Positions 1 to 8,820 are shown, numbered from the stretch's first letter. The stretch is 64,000 nucleotides of DNA from an uncultured Chloroflexia bacterium (GCA_963703345.1 OY969814.1:64001-128000); one strand, 5' to 3'. Notes: generated by a model from the letters alone, not told the origin. Translations and numbers: made by a program.

Positions 1-642
1 GCGGTCGCAATCCAAAAGGAGGATGGCGAACTCGTCGTCCGCCAGGCGCACGGCCACGTCCGAGCCGCGCTTAGCCGATTCGATAACTCCGGCGACGCGG
101 CCGAGGGCGGCGCAACCGGCTGCGTCGCCGTAAGCATGGTTGATCATCCGTAGACTGTTCACGTTCAGGACGGCCACGGAGAAAGCTTCGCCATAGCGAC
201 GCGCCCGCGAATACTCTTCGCGCAGTCGCAGCCAGAAGTACTGCTCATCAGGCAGCCCGGTGACGGCGTCGCGCGTCAGAGGCAGGCCCGTACGCACCAA
301 ACCGTTCCTTGCGCTGCGCAATCGCACGAGGGCCGTGACGCACACGACGCAGACGGCAAACGCCAACGGAAACCGCATCGCCGTTATGTAGGGCTGCGAA
401 TCGGCGCGCTCTGCCAGTCCGAGAAGCAGCGAGGAGGTGACGAGCGCGAGCGCCAGAAAGAGGTAGCGCTCCAGCTCGCGCAGTTCCGGAGGCGTCGCCC
501 GCACGGCCGCGACTTTGCCGCGCAGGTGCAGAGGATGCAGACTGGGACGGTGCCAGCCGGGCGCTTCCTCCAGGCGAGAGACACGGCGGGCGGCCGCGTC
601 TTCGCCCGAAAAGGTCTGCTGTTCCCCCAACGAATGCTTCAT
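1..642 (-). CDS. Membrane-anchored degenerate GGDEF-domain protein (3' end runs off window)
   Basis: Manual translation from ATG 642: two hydrophobic segments, then DAVTGLP...EEYSRARRYGEAFSVAVLNVNSLRMINHAYGDAAG...RGSDVAVRLADDEFAILL, a GGDEF fold with ADDEF. Confidence 0.8.
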   Translation of the reverse strand, partial: MKHSLGEQQTFSGEDAAARRVSRLEEAPGWHRPSLHPLHLRGKVAAVRATPPELRELERYLFLALALVTSSLLLGLAERADSQPYITAMRFPLAFAVCVVCVTALVRLRSARNGLVRTGLPLTRDAVTGLPDEQYFWLRLREEYSRARRYGEAFSVAVLNVNSLRMINHAYGDAAGCAALGRVAGVIESAKRGSDVAVRLADDEFAILLLDCDR

Positions 643-786
643 TGACCGAACGCTCCCGGGTCTGCCCATCCAGTAGATCATCGGCCGATTGCTGCTTACC
701 TGATGGGCGTTTGAAGGCGAAATTTGCGAAACGGGCGGCGGCGAGAAGCGGCGAGCGCGGTCTGCGGCAGTTGTAACGCCATCTCG

Positions 787-810
787 GGCCGCTCGGGTTG
801 CCGAGCGGCC
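787..810. terminator. Perfect 10-bp GC hairpin downstream of the GH31-N gene
   Basis: GGCCGCTCGG-GTTG-CCGAGCGGCC; no clear U tract. Confidence 0.4.
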
Positions 811-860
811 TCTCCCCTGCGGCGGGACCTCGTCGCTCCTGAGCGTCATCTTCGGCCGGG

Positions 861-1556
861 TCACGCCGTCTCTTTACCGCCGATCTCTGCGTATGCCATC
901 GCGATCTCGTCGCCGTCCTTGCCGAACACGACGACGTAGTCGAGATACGGATCGTCGACCCGGAAGGAGACGGTTACCGGCGAAGGAGACCCGAGCTCGA
1001 AGTCGGCCCGAGGATGGTTGAGGAAGACGCCGTAGCCTCGACTACTGGAGCACGAGGGATTCATCAGTCCCACCGCTGCCGGACAAAGAACGCGCTCCTC
1101 AGCCGACAGCTCGAAGCTTTCGTGGAAGGCGACGCGGCCGCGGGAATCGCGCGAGTAGCCAAGCGGCAGCGACACGAGGCGCGTCGGCGTTACGTCGCCG
1201 ATCTGCTGGACGATGATCTTTCGCCCCGCGAAATCGAAGACGCCGTAGTGGAAGGGACGGCGGACAACCCGTAGCTCGAGCGCCCGGCTGCGCACAACAA
1301 TCCGGCCTTCCCGCGTCTCCACTCTCACCTGCTCCGACGACTCCATCGCATCCACGCGGATCGGGCCATCAGCGACCCGTCGGCAGCGGACGCGGACGGC
1401 CTGCGGCGAGACGAAGCGGACATCCAGCGTCATCGCCTCGCCGTCGTTCGTCAGCACAGCGAAGCGGGCGCCGCCGGGCACACGATGATAGCGCTGCACT
1501 CGCGAGAGGTAGCGGTAGCTGCGCGTCGGGTCGTCGAAGATCGTGACTTCCGGCAT
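861..1556 (-). CDS. Stand-alone GH31 (alpha-xylosidase/YicI-like) N-terminal beta-sandwich domain, no catalytic barrel
   Basis: ESFELSAEER, SSRGYGVFLNHP, FELGS, SFRVDDPYLDYVVVFG...YAEIGG resemble the GH31 N-domain; GGGAGG SD before ATG. Confidence 0.6.
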   Translation of the reverse strand: MPEVTIFDDPTRSYRYLSRVQRYHRVPGGARFAVLTNDGEAMTLDVRFVSPQAVRVRCRRVADGPIRVDAMESSEQVRVETREGRIVVRSRALELRVVRRPFHYGVFDFAGRKIIVQQIGDVTPTRLVSLPLGYSRDSRGRVAFHESFELSAEERVLCPAAVGLMNPSCSSSRGYGVFLNHPRADFELGSPSPVTVSFRVDDPYLDYVVVFGKDGDEIAMAYAEIGGKETA

Positions 1557-1579
1557 GGCCTCCCTTCCGCCGTCGCTTC

Positions 1580-1648
1580 ATTCTAGGGCCGCCGCAGCTT
1601 CCAGAGAACGACAGCGTAAGGAAAGCACAGGAAAAGCGCTGGAAAAGC
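1580..1648 (-). promoter_or_regulatory. Putative activator-dependent promoter with three phased GGAAA(A)GC repeats
   Basis: -10 TAGAAT (1580-1585), weak -35 TTCTCT 17 nt upstream, repeats starting at 1620, 1630 and 1641. Confidence 0.4.
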
Positions 1649-1737
1649 GTCAAGCTCCGGATCTGCGGCAACGCTACGATGGCGGCAGCAACGGCGATTT
1701 GTGGCCGGGGGTTTTCGAGTAGACGGTGGGGCGGTCA

Positions 1738-1770
1738 AACGGGCGGCGCCTGAGCGGGCCGCCGCTCGTT
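1738..1770 (-). terminator. Putative terminator after the GH3-wHTH gene
   Basis: 11-bp stem AACGAGCGGCG/CGCCGCCCGTT directly after TGA, short T run. Confidence 0.45.
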
Positions 1771-4607
1771 CACAGGTCGAGACGAAATCCCCGGCCTCTT
1801 ATTGTCACAATGAAGAGCTTCGAGGCGCCGGCCGCGCGCAGGCGATCGCGGACACGGTGGACCAGGGCGTCGACCGCCTCATCCGAGACCCCGCCGAACG
1901 CTTCCGGCCAGGCGCGTTGAATGATATCGTCGCGCAGACACAGCTTGCCGGCGTTCTCAAAGAGATAAGCCAGCAGCGAGTACTGCTCGCGGGACAGCGG
2001 CGGCATAATCTCTTTCCCTCTAACGAAGACTTGCTGGGTTCTCGTGTTGACGTAAAGCTCTTGCTCCTCTAACGGCTCCGCGACAAGCACCGGGAGCGCA
2101 CCGACGCCGGTCGTCGCCAGCACCGCCTCTGACGGCACAATTGCAGTAACGCGTCTACGCCGCCGAACGCGCACGAGCACGACGGCGCCGGCGGCAAGCG
2201 CAACCGCGGTCGCCATCGAAATCGACAGGATGAGCGGGAGGACAAGATCCCGGCTGCCCGACCCGCCGGCGGCGAGGTTCTGCACCGTCAGCGGTTCTGC
2301 GGACCAGGCGAGATCGCCGCTCTTGACCGTCAGACCAACGTTGCCCGACTGGTCGATGGTACCCTGGGCGCCTGCAATGCCGTCGATGGCCTGGGCCGCC
2401 ATGTCCTGGATTGTGCCGTCAGGAAGGTTGAGCACAAAGTCCACTTTCGTACCGTTCGGCACGCGATGCCCGTTCTTGGCGACCAGCGTCAACGTCAGCG
2501 CGAGCGTGAACGGCTCGCCGACGAGCAATTGCGGCGGGTCGACGCTAAGGGCCGGCGTTTGTGTCGGGTCCGCAGTGACGCTATCGCTGAGGTCGTTTAC
2601 AACGTAGCCCTCGTAGATGTAGTCGACGGGGAGCTTGCCGCTCGTAACGCCGTCGCGGAGGATCGTCGGGTCCTGGAAGAGGACCTTCAGCGTCGCCTTG
2701 AGCGACGGCTCGATCTTGCTGTACGCGGCGACGAACAAGTTTACGTTGCGCAGCTCGCCGGAGTCGAGATGATAAGGCGAGTTGTAGGCGAAGACGACGA
2801 CCTTCTTCGAACGCAAGTCGAAGAGGGCCGGGCCGCTGCGCAGGAAGTCCTTCAGGACGCCGGACGAAGGGTAGTTGGGGTCGGGCTCGAGGAAGGCGAA
2901 GACGATCCATCCCGCGTCCTCAACCGCCTTCTTGACCGCCGCATCCCCCTTGCCCGCCAGCACGGCGCCAAGCTGCGTGAAGCTGATAGTGTTCAGGTTC
3001 TCCTTCGGCACGCGCCCCGGGAACATCTGGTCAACCAGGCTTGCCAGCTTGCCGCGCGGCCAGAGAGGCGGATAGCTCGTATCGGTCCCGGGCGTGGCGC
3101 AGCCGGCATCGTCCCAGCACTCGACGAAGAGGATGTGGTCGGCAGCGCCGGGAACGGGCATCTGCCGCTGGAGCTCTTCGCTTGTCGTCGGCAGGATGAG
3201 AGTGAGCGCGTCGTCGGCTATCGAGGTCACTTCGCTCAGCCTGTCCGGCTGGCCCACCTTTCCCTGGTACTCCGGCATCTTCGTGATCGTCGCCGCATCG
3301 AAGCCGCCGTACAGCCGCGACTTGAGCGTGAGCACCCGACGGGCGGCGTCGTCTATGCGCGCCTTCACCATCGGGTCGGCGTCGTAGCGGCTGACCAGGT
3401 AGTCAACGGTTGCGGTCAGATCCTCCCACTGCCAGGGACGGATCAGCGGCAGCAGGTCGTTTCCGGCCATCAGCGCTTCCAGCGCCAAGTCCGCCTGACG
3501 GTAGGTGCCAAACTTCAGTTGCGCGTAGGCTTCGACGGCGCCGGTTGCCAGGTCGTCGGCAACAGTCACGCCGCCCGCCTGCCGCCAGGCAGCGAAGTAC
3601 GGCAGCCCGAAGAACGATTGCATGCAGGTGGGGCTGAAGCCGACCGGCGTCCCCGCTTCGCAGCCGGCGACCCCGGAGTAGCTGAGATGCGAGATCATGA
3701 TGCCGTCGGCGGTCCCCTTGTCACCCGGCTTCCCCTGCGAGACGGTGGCGAATGGAAGGAGGTCGACTTGCGCCAGCGCGTCCAGCGTCTTTCCTACGAC
3801 AACCGGCACGTCCACGGACTCCACCGAGCGCGTGCTCTCCCCGTGACCCGGGAAGTGCTTGGCAACCGCGGCCAGCTTCCCGCCGCCGCACTGCTGGATG
3901 CCGCTAACGTAGGCCGCGCCCATCTCGCCGACCCAGCGCGGGTCGCCGCCGAACACCCGTATCCCCTGGTCCCCGGCGCCGCCCGAGCGCGGCAGGTCGA
4001 GCACGTCGAGATCGGGACCGAAGAGCATGTTGACGCCCACCGCCGAAAGCTCCTGGCCGACAATGCAGCCTATCTTCTCCGCCTGGGCCGGATCGAAGGT
4101 GGCGCCGATCGTCATGTTGCTAGGGATGGGCGTGAAGCGATTGAGCAGTCGCGTCGCCGGCCGGTCGTCGCCCTCGTGGTCGATGCTCACCAGCAACGGC
4201 AGGCAGTACGTCACGCCGTTGACGGTAACGCTCATGGAGGAGCAGGCGGTCTTTTGCAGATCGTTCGTCAGGCGGGCTACCTGGGCGGGCGTGTCGGGAT
4301 CAGCTTCAGCGGGAAAGCCGCATCCCTGCGGATCGTGGTTCGTGCCGTTGAAGATGTTGCAGGTCTCGCGGCTGAGGTAGACGCCGCCGAGTTGATGGTC
4401 GTTGATGAACTGGCGCACATCAGGCGTCACCTCGTCGCCCTGGAAGCCGCTGATGAAGAGCTGCTCGACCTTTTGCCGCGCCGTCAGAGCCGCCAGTATC
4501 TTGTCGACGACATCGCTGGTTTGCGGGGTCGAGCGGGCGTACGCCGTCGGCGCGTTAAGGAACACGCCGCAGAGAAGCAGCGCCAATAGGACTCGTCGCG
4601 GTCCCAT
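1770..4607 (-). CDS. Secreted GH3 (NagZ-like) glycoside hydrolase fused via a TM helix to a C-terminal OmpR/PhoB-type winged-helix DNA-binding domain
   Basis: Signal peptide MGPRRVLLALLLCG...AYA; IDHEG, GPDLDVL, KHFPGHG, ADDL, GKLPV; TM LVLPLILSISMATAVALAAGAVVLV-RVRRRRR; PPLSREQYSLLAYL...AWPEA...VDALVHRVRDRL...IVTIRGRGFRL. Confidence 0.9.
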   Translation of the reverse strand: MGPRRVLLALLLCGVFLNAPTAYARSTPQTSDVVDKILAALTARQKVEQLFISGFQGDEVTPDVRQFINDHQLGGVYLSRETCNIFNGTNHDPQGCGFPAEADPDTPAQVARLTNDLQKTACSSMSVTVNGVTYCLPLLVSIDHEGDDRPATRLLNRFTPIPSNMTIGATFDPAQAEKIGCIVGQELSAVGVNMLFGPDLDVLDLPRSGGAGDQGIRVFGGDPRWVGEMGAAYVSGIQQCGGGKLAAVAKHFPGHGESTRSVESVDVPVVVGKTLDALAQVDLLPFATVSQGKPGDKGTADGIMISHLSYSGVAGCEAGTPVGFSPTCMQSFFGLPYFAAWRQAGGVTVADDLATGAVEAYAQLKFGTYRQADLALEALMAGNDLLPLIRPWQWEDLTATVDYLVSRYDADPMVKARIDDAARRVLTLKSRLYGGFDAATITKMPEYQGKVGQPDRLSEVTSIADDALTLILPTTSEELQRQMPVPGAADHILFVECWDDAGCATPGTDTSYPPLWPRGKLASLVDQMFPGRVPKENLNTISFTQLGAVLAGKGDAAVKKAVEDAGWIVFAFLEPDPNYPSSGVLKDFLRSGPALFDLRSKKVVVFAYNSPYHLDSGELRNVNLFVAAYSKIEPSLKATLKVLFQDPTILRDGVTSGKLPVDYIYEGYVVNDLSDSVTADPTQTPALSVDPPQLLVGEPFTLALTLTLVAKNGHRVPNGTKVDFVLNLPDGTIQDMAAQAIDGIAGAQGTIDQSGNVGLTVKSGDLAWSAEPLTVQNLAAGGSGSRDLVLPLILSISMATAVALAAGAVVLVRVRRRRRVTAIVPSEAVLATTGVGALPVLVAEPLEEQELYVNTRTQQVFVRGKEIMPPLSREQYSLLAYLFENAGKLCLRDDIIQRAWPEAFGGVSDEAVDALVHRVRDRLRAAGASKLFIVTIRGRGFRLDL

Positions 4608-4665
4608 GCTAGGCAGAGTATAGGCTCCAGCAGCGCTGAAGCATAGGGGTCTAGGGATGCTTTTC

Positions 4666-6168
4666 CTAACGAACCCAGTGCCTGGCGCGATCCACGGCTT
4701 GCTTCCAGCCGGCGTACATCTCCTCGCGCCTGGCTTCGTCCATCTGCGGCTCAAAGACGCGGTCGGCGTGCCAGAGCCGGCCCAACTCGTCGCGACTCGA
4801 CCAGAAGCCAGCGCCCAGTCCGGCCAGGAACGCCGCGCCCAGGGCGGTCGTCTCCAGCACGGCGGAGCGCAGCACGCGACGCCCCAGGATGTCGGCCTGG
4901 ATCTGCATCAGCAGGTTGTTGCGGGCGGCGCCGCCGTCGACGCGCAGCTCCGGCATGCTCACACCCGACTCTCGCTCCATCGCCTCGACGACGTCGCGCG
5001 ACTGGAAAGCGATCGCCTCCAGCGTCGCGCGGGCGATGTGGGCGGCAGTCGTGCCCCGCGTCATGCCGAGGATGGCGCCGCGGGCGTACTGGTCCCAGTA
5101 AGGCGCGCCAAGGCCAACGAAGGCGGGCACCATATAGACGCCATCGCTGGACTCGACGCCGGAAGCGAGCGATTCGACTTCGCTTGACCTGCCGATTACC
5201 CCGAGCCCATCGCGCAGCCAGGCGACAGCCGCGCCGGTGACGAAGATGCTCCCCTCCAGCGCATATCCCAGCTCATCGCCGAGCTGCGAGGCGACGGTCG
5301 CAAGCATCGTCTGCGACGGCGCGACCCGGTCGCCGGTGTGCATGAGGACGAAGGAGCCGGTGCCGTAGGTGTTCTTCGCCATTCCCGGGCTGAAGCAGCC
5401 CTGGCCGAAGAGCGACGCTTGCTGGTCGCCGGCGATGCCCGCCACGGGCGCTTCGATCCCCAGCAGCGACTTCTCGGTGGTGCCGACGGCGCCGCTGGAG
5501 GGCCGGATCTCAGGCAGGACGGCCTCCGGCACATCCAGCTCGCGCAGCAGATCGGGGTCCCAGGCGCCGCGACGCAGATTGTAGAGCATCGTGCGGGAGG
5601 CGTTCGTGGCGTCGGTCACGTGAGCGGCGCCGCCGGTGAGGCGGTAGGTGAGCCAGCTATCAACGGTTCCGAACGCCAGCTCGCCCCGCTCCGCCTTTCG
5701 CCGCGCCCCGTCGACGTTGTCCAATATCCAGCGCAGCTTCGTACCCGAGAAGTAGGCGTCGATGACGAGGCCGGTGCGTTCGCGGACAAACGATTCCATG
5801 CCCCGCGCGCGCATCTCGTCGCACATCGAAGCGGTGCGCCGGCACTGCCAAACGATGGCGTTGTAGACGGGCCGGCCGCTGGCGCGCTCCCAGACGATCG
5901 TCGTCTCCCGCTGGTTCGTTACGCCGACCGCGGCGACGTCCGAGGCGTCGATGCCCGTCTGAGCGGCCTTTCGCAGCACCTGCCTGGCGGCAGCAAGCTG
6001 GGAGGACCAGATCTCCTCGGGGTCGTGCTCCACCCAGCCGGCCTGGGGGTAGATCTGCCGGAAGGACTCGCCGGCCTCAACGACCGGTTTCCCGACTTCG
6101 TCGAAGAGGACGGCGCGGGAGCTGGAGGTCCCCTGGTCAAGCGATAGGATGTAGCGGGCCGTCGCCGT
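4666..6168 (-). CDS. glpK: Glycerol kinase (start codon non-canonical or uncertain)
   Basis: [57 protein letters not shown]; N-terminus extends upstream of the ORF-track start. Confidence 0.93.
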   Translation of the reverse strand, partial: TATARYILSLDQGTSSSRAVLFDEVGKPVVEAGESFRQIYPQAGWVEHDPEEIWSSQLAAARQVLRKAAQTGIDASDVAAVGVTNQRETTIVWERASGRPVYNAIVWQCRRTASMCDEMRARGMESFVRERTGLVIDAYFSGTKLRWILDNVDGARRKAERGELAFGTVDSWLTYRLTGGAAHVTDATNASRTMLYNLRRGAWDPDLLRELDVPEAVLPEIRPSSGAVGTTEKSLLGIEAPVAGIAGDQQASLFGQGCFSPGMAKNTYGTGSFVLMHTGDRVAPSQTMLATVASQLGDELGYALEGSIFVTGAAVAWLRDGLGVIGRSSEVESLASGVESSDGVYMVPAFVGLGAPYWDQYARGAILGMTRGTTAAHIARATLEAIAFQSRDVVEAMERESGVSMPELRVDGGAARNNLLMQIQADILGRRVLRSAVLETTALGAAFLAGLGAGFWSSRDELGRLWHADRVFEPQMDEARREEMYAGWKQAVDRARHWVR

Positions 6169-6282
6169 TCCCTCGAGCGTTTTGCGTCAGTATAAGCCAG
6201 CCAAGCCGCATGAGGTCAACGCCTATATTCATCGCTCCCCACCTTGGCTCCGAGTGGAGTATCATGCGAACGGAGGCGCAAG

Positions 6283-7710
6283 ATGCCCGTATTCCGAAGG
6301 ACGAAGATCGTCGTTACGCTGGGGCCGGCCACAGACCGCGGCGAAACGCTGCGCCATCTCCTGGAGGCCGGCGCCGACGTCGCCCGCCTCAACTTCTCCC
6401 ACGACACCACCGACTCGCATGCCGCCCGCATCGCCAGCGTCCGGCAACTGGCCCACGAGACGGGGCGGGTGGTCGCCGTCATGCAGGACTTGCAGGGCCC
6501 GCGCATCCGGACCGGCCCCCTCGTCGATGGGCATGCCGTCACGCTGCACGAGGGCGCGCCCTTCGTCCTCACCACCCGGCCCCTGGCGGGCACGGCGGAA
6601 CGCGTCTCGACCAACTTCGCGGCGTTGCCGCAGGCGGTGGCCGCCGGCGACCGCGTCCTCATCAACGACGGCCTCCTTGAGCTGCGCGTCGACCGCGTGG
6701 CCGGCGACGAAGTGCGCTGCACGGTCGTCCACGGCGGCAGGCTGGCGGAGCACAAAGGGATCAATCTGCCCCAGGCGCGAATCGCCATCGCCGGGCTGAC
6801 GGACAAGGACCGCGACGACCTCCGCTTCGGCCTGTCGAAGGGCGTGGACATGGTCGCGCTCAGCTTCGTCAGCGGGCCGGAGGACGCCCGCGAAGCGCGA
6901 CAGATCATCGACGAAAGCGGCCAGAAGGTTCCCCTGCTGGCGAAGATCGAGCGGCCGCAGGCGCTGGAGCGGCTCGATGCCGTGCTGCGCGCTTTCGACG
7001 GCGTGATGGTTGCCCGCGGCGACCTGGCGATCGAGGTGTCGGCGGAAGTGGTGCCGGTCGCCCAGAAGCGCATCATCGAGCGGGCGAACTACTTCGGCAA
7101 GCCGGTCATCACGGCGACGCAGATGCTCGACTCCATGACGCGCAACCCTTCGCCCACGCGGGCGGAAGCCTCGGACGTCGCTAACGCGGTGCTCGACGGC
7201 ACGGACGCGGTGATGCTCAGCGGCGAGACGGCGGTCGGCCGCTACCCCGTGGCGGCGGTGCAGGCGATGGACCGCATCATCTGCGAAGCGGAGACTCTGG
7301 CAACGCCGGTCGTGTCCACGGGCGTGAGATATCGCCGCACGCACGCCCATGCCGTCTGCGACGCCGCGGTCACGCTGGTCAGGGACATCGAAGCCGACGC
7401 TCTCGCCGCGCACACGCGCTCCGGGCGCACCGCGCAGATCCTCTCCAAGCTGCGTCCGCCGTCGCCCATCTTCGCCCTCACCGAGCGGGAGCCGATAGCG
7501 CGAAGGCTGGCGCTCTGGCGCGGCGTCGTGCCGCTGGTGATGAAGCGGCGCAATCGCGGCGAGGAGATGTTCAGTTGCATCGCCCGCGAGCTCGGCGGCC
7601 GCCGGGTCGTCGACGACGGCGGCATCGCGGTCGTCGTCGGCACCGCGCCGCAGGGGCCGCCGGGCCACACGAACTTCATCCGGCTTCTGCACGTCGCGGG
7701 CGGTCGCTAG
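6283..7710 (+). CDS. pyk: Pyruvate kinase
   Basis: RRTKIVVTLGPA, RLNFSH, DLQGP, KIE, MVARGDL, TATQMLDSM, DAVMLSGETA; GGAGG SD. Confidence 0.97.
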   Translation: MPVFRRTKIVVTLGPATDRGETLRHLLEAGADVARLNFSHDTTDSHAARIASVRQLAHETGRVVAVMQDLQGPRIRTGPLVDGHAVTLHEGAPFVLTTRPLAGTAERVSTNFAALPQAVAAGDRVLINDGLLELRVDRVAGDEVRCTVVHGGRLAEHKGINLPQARIAIAGLTDKDRDDLRFGLSKGVDMVALSFVSGPEDAREARQIIDESGQKVPLLAKIERPQALERLDAVLRAFDGVMVARGDLAIEVSAEVVPVAQKRIIERANYFGKPVITATQMLDSMTRNPSPTRAEASDVANAVLDGTDAVMLSGETAVGRYPVAAVQAMDRIICEAETLATPVVSTGVRYRRTHAHAVCDAAVTLVRDIEADALAAHTRSGRTAQILSKLRPPSPIFALTEREPIARRLALWRGVVPLVMKRRNRGEEMFSCIARELGGRRVVDDGGIAVVVGTAPQGPPGHTNFIRLLHVAGGR

Positions 7711-7800
7711 GCGGAGATCGCCCAACCCCGCAAAGCCCGCCCGGCGATCCGCTTCGGCCTGCACACATCGCCCGTTCGGCCGATTATTCATTAGAGGCCG

Positions 7801-8250
7801 ATGAAGAAGAGCGAAGCCTACAAGGTCCTCAATATCAGTCCGCCCGCCGGCCGCCGCCAGGTCGAGGACGCGTACTGGCAGCAGGCGCACGACTGCCGCG
7901 AGGGCTTCGGGCATCAGCCGAACGCGCGCGAGCGGCTGCTGGAGTTGAACGAGGCATACTCCATCCTGACGAACCGAGAGCGCCTGGCCCCGCTGGAGAT
8001 AATCGAGAGGCCGCCGGAGCCGGACCCCTGGTCGCTGGGCTGGGAGGCGTTCGTCTCGTGGGTGCGAGGGCTGATTGGAAGCACCGCGGCTCGCTGGCCG
8101 GGACGCGGCGCCGAGATCGCCGCCCTCACCGCCTGCCTGCTTTCCCTGGCGGGACTGGCCATCGCGAACGGCGCCGGCCTGCTCTGGACCCTGCTGCCGC
8201 TGGCGGCGGGCCTCGTCGTCATCCGGGCGCCCTGGCGACGCCTCGGGTAG
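7801..8250 (+). CDS. J-domain-like membrane protein lacking HPD
   Basis: AYKVLNI...VEDAY...LNEAYSIL J-domain pattern; two C-terminal hydrophobic helices. Confidence 0.6.
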   Translation: MKKSEAYKVLNISPPAGRRQVEDAYWQQAHDCREGFGHQPNARERLLELNEAYSILTNRERLAPLEIIERPPEPDPWSLGWEAFVSWVRGLIGSTAARWPGRGAEIAALTACLLSLAGLAIANGAGLLWTLLPLAAGLVVIRAPWRRLG

Positions 8251-8255
8251 CCACG

Positions 8256-8711
8256 TCAGGCCGCCAGGAACCGTCCTCGCCTCAGTTGTCGCCGCAGGAA
8301 GCCGGCGGCGATGAAGTAGACTCCCGACACCACGAGTGACCCCAGCAACGCCGCGGCGAACCCATCAACGTGAAAGCCGATGTTCAGCTTGCCGGATATC
8401 CATGCCGTGAAGGCGAACACAAGCGCGTTGATTACGACGATGAATAGCCCCAGCGTCAGTATCTCGAGAGGACAGGTCAGGAGGATGAGCAGCGGACGGA
8501 GGACGGCGCGCGCTAGCATGAAGATCGCCGCCGCCGGCAATAGCGCCTGCCAGCCGTCGATGTCCACGCCTCTGACGAGGGCGGCCGCCGTCAGCAGCGC
8601 CAACATCGTGATGCCCCAGCGGACCGCGATGCGGAATATCCAGGGGACGTTCGCCCGCTCCCAGCGCGGCTCCGTCTCTCCCCAGTAACGGACGATAATC
8701 ATCCGCCTCAT
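8256..8711 (-). CDS. Phage holin family (4-TMS, YvlD-like) membrane protein
   Basis: LRPLLILLTCPLEILTLGLFIVVINAL, FHVDGFAAALLGSL. Confidence 0.85.
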   Translation of the reverse strand: MRRMIIVRYWGETEPRWERANVPWIFRIAVRWGITMLALLTAAALVRGVDIDGWQALLPAAAIFMLARAVLRPLLILLTCPLEILTLGLFIVVINALVFAFTAWISGKLNIGFHVDGFAAALLGSLVVSGVYFIAAGFLRRQLRRGRFLAA

Positions 8712-8820
8712 GGTCTGAGTATAGCAAACGCCGGCGCCCACCGCCCGACGCACGCCTTCTTGATGGTGACTCCAGCCTCGGCTACCCTTGGGGAAACCGC
8801 CTGGGACAGGGAGACGTTGC

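Noticed and set aside
729-1748. 12-mer AAACGGGCGGCG repeated on both sides of the GH31-N gene (possible target-site duplication)
   Set aside because: Short and GC-rich, with no transposase or terminal inverted repeats; chance is plausible.
2466-4589. 707-aa plus-strand ORF and many other long antisense or alternate-frame ORFs (e.g. 6262-7914, 8760-10409, 41045-42613, 47663-49000)
   Set aside because: Shadow ORFs typical of high-GC DNA; they overlap well-supported genes and show no family motifs.
8256-8711. Prophage suggested by the holin-family gene
   Set aside because: YvlD-like 4-TMS proteins are common chromosomal genes; no phage genes nearby.
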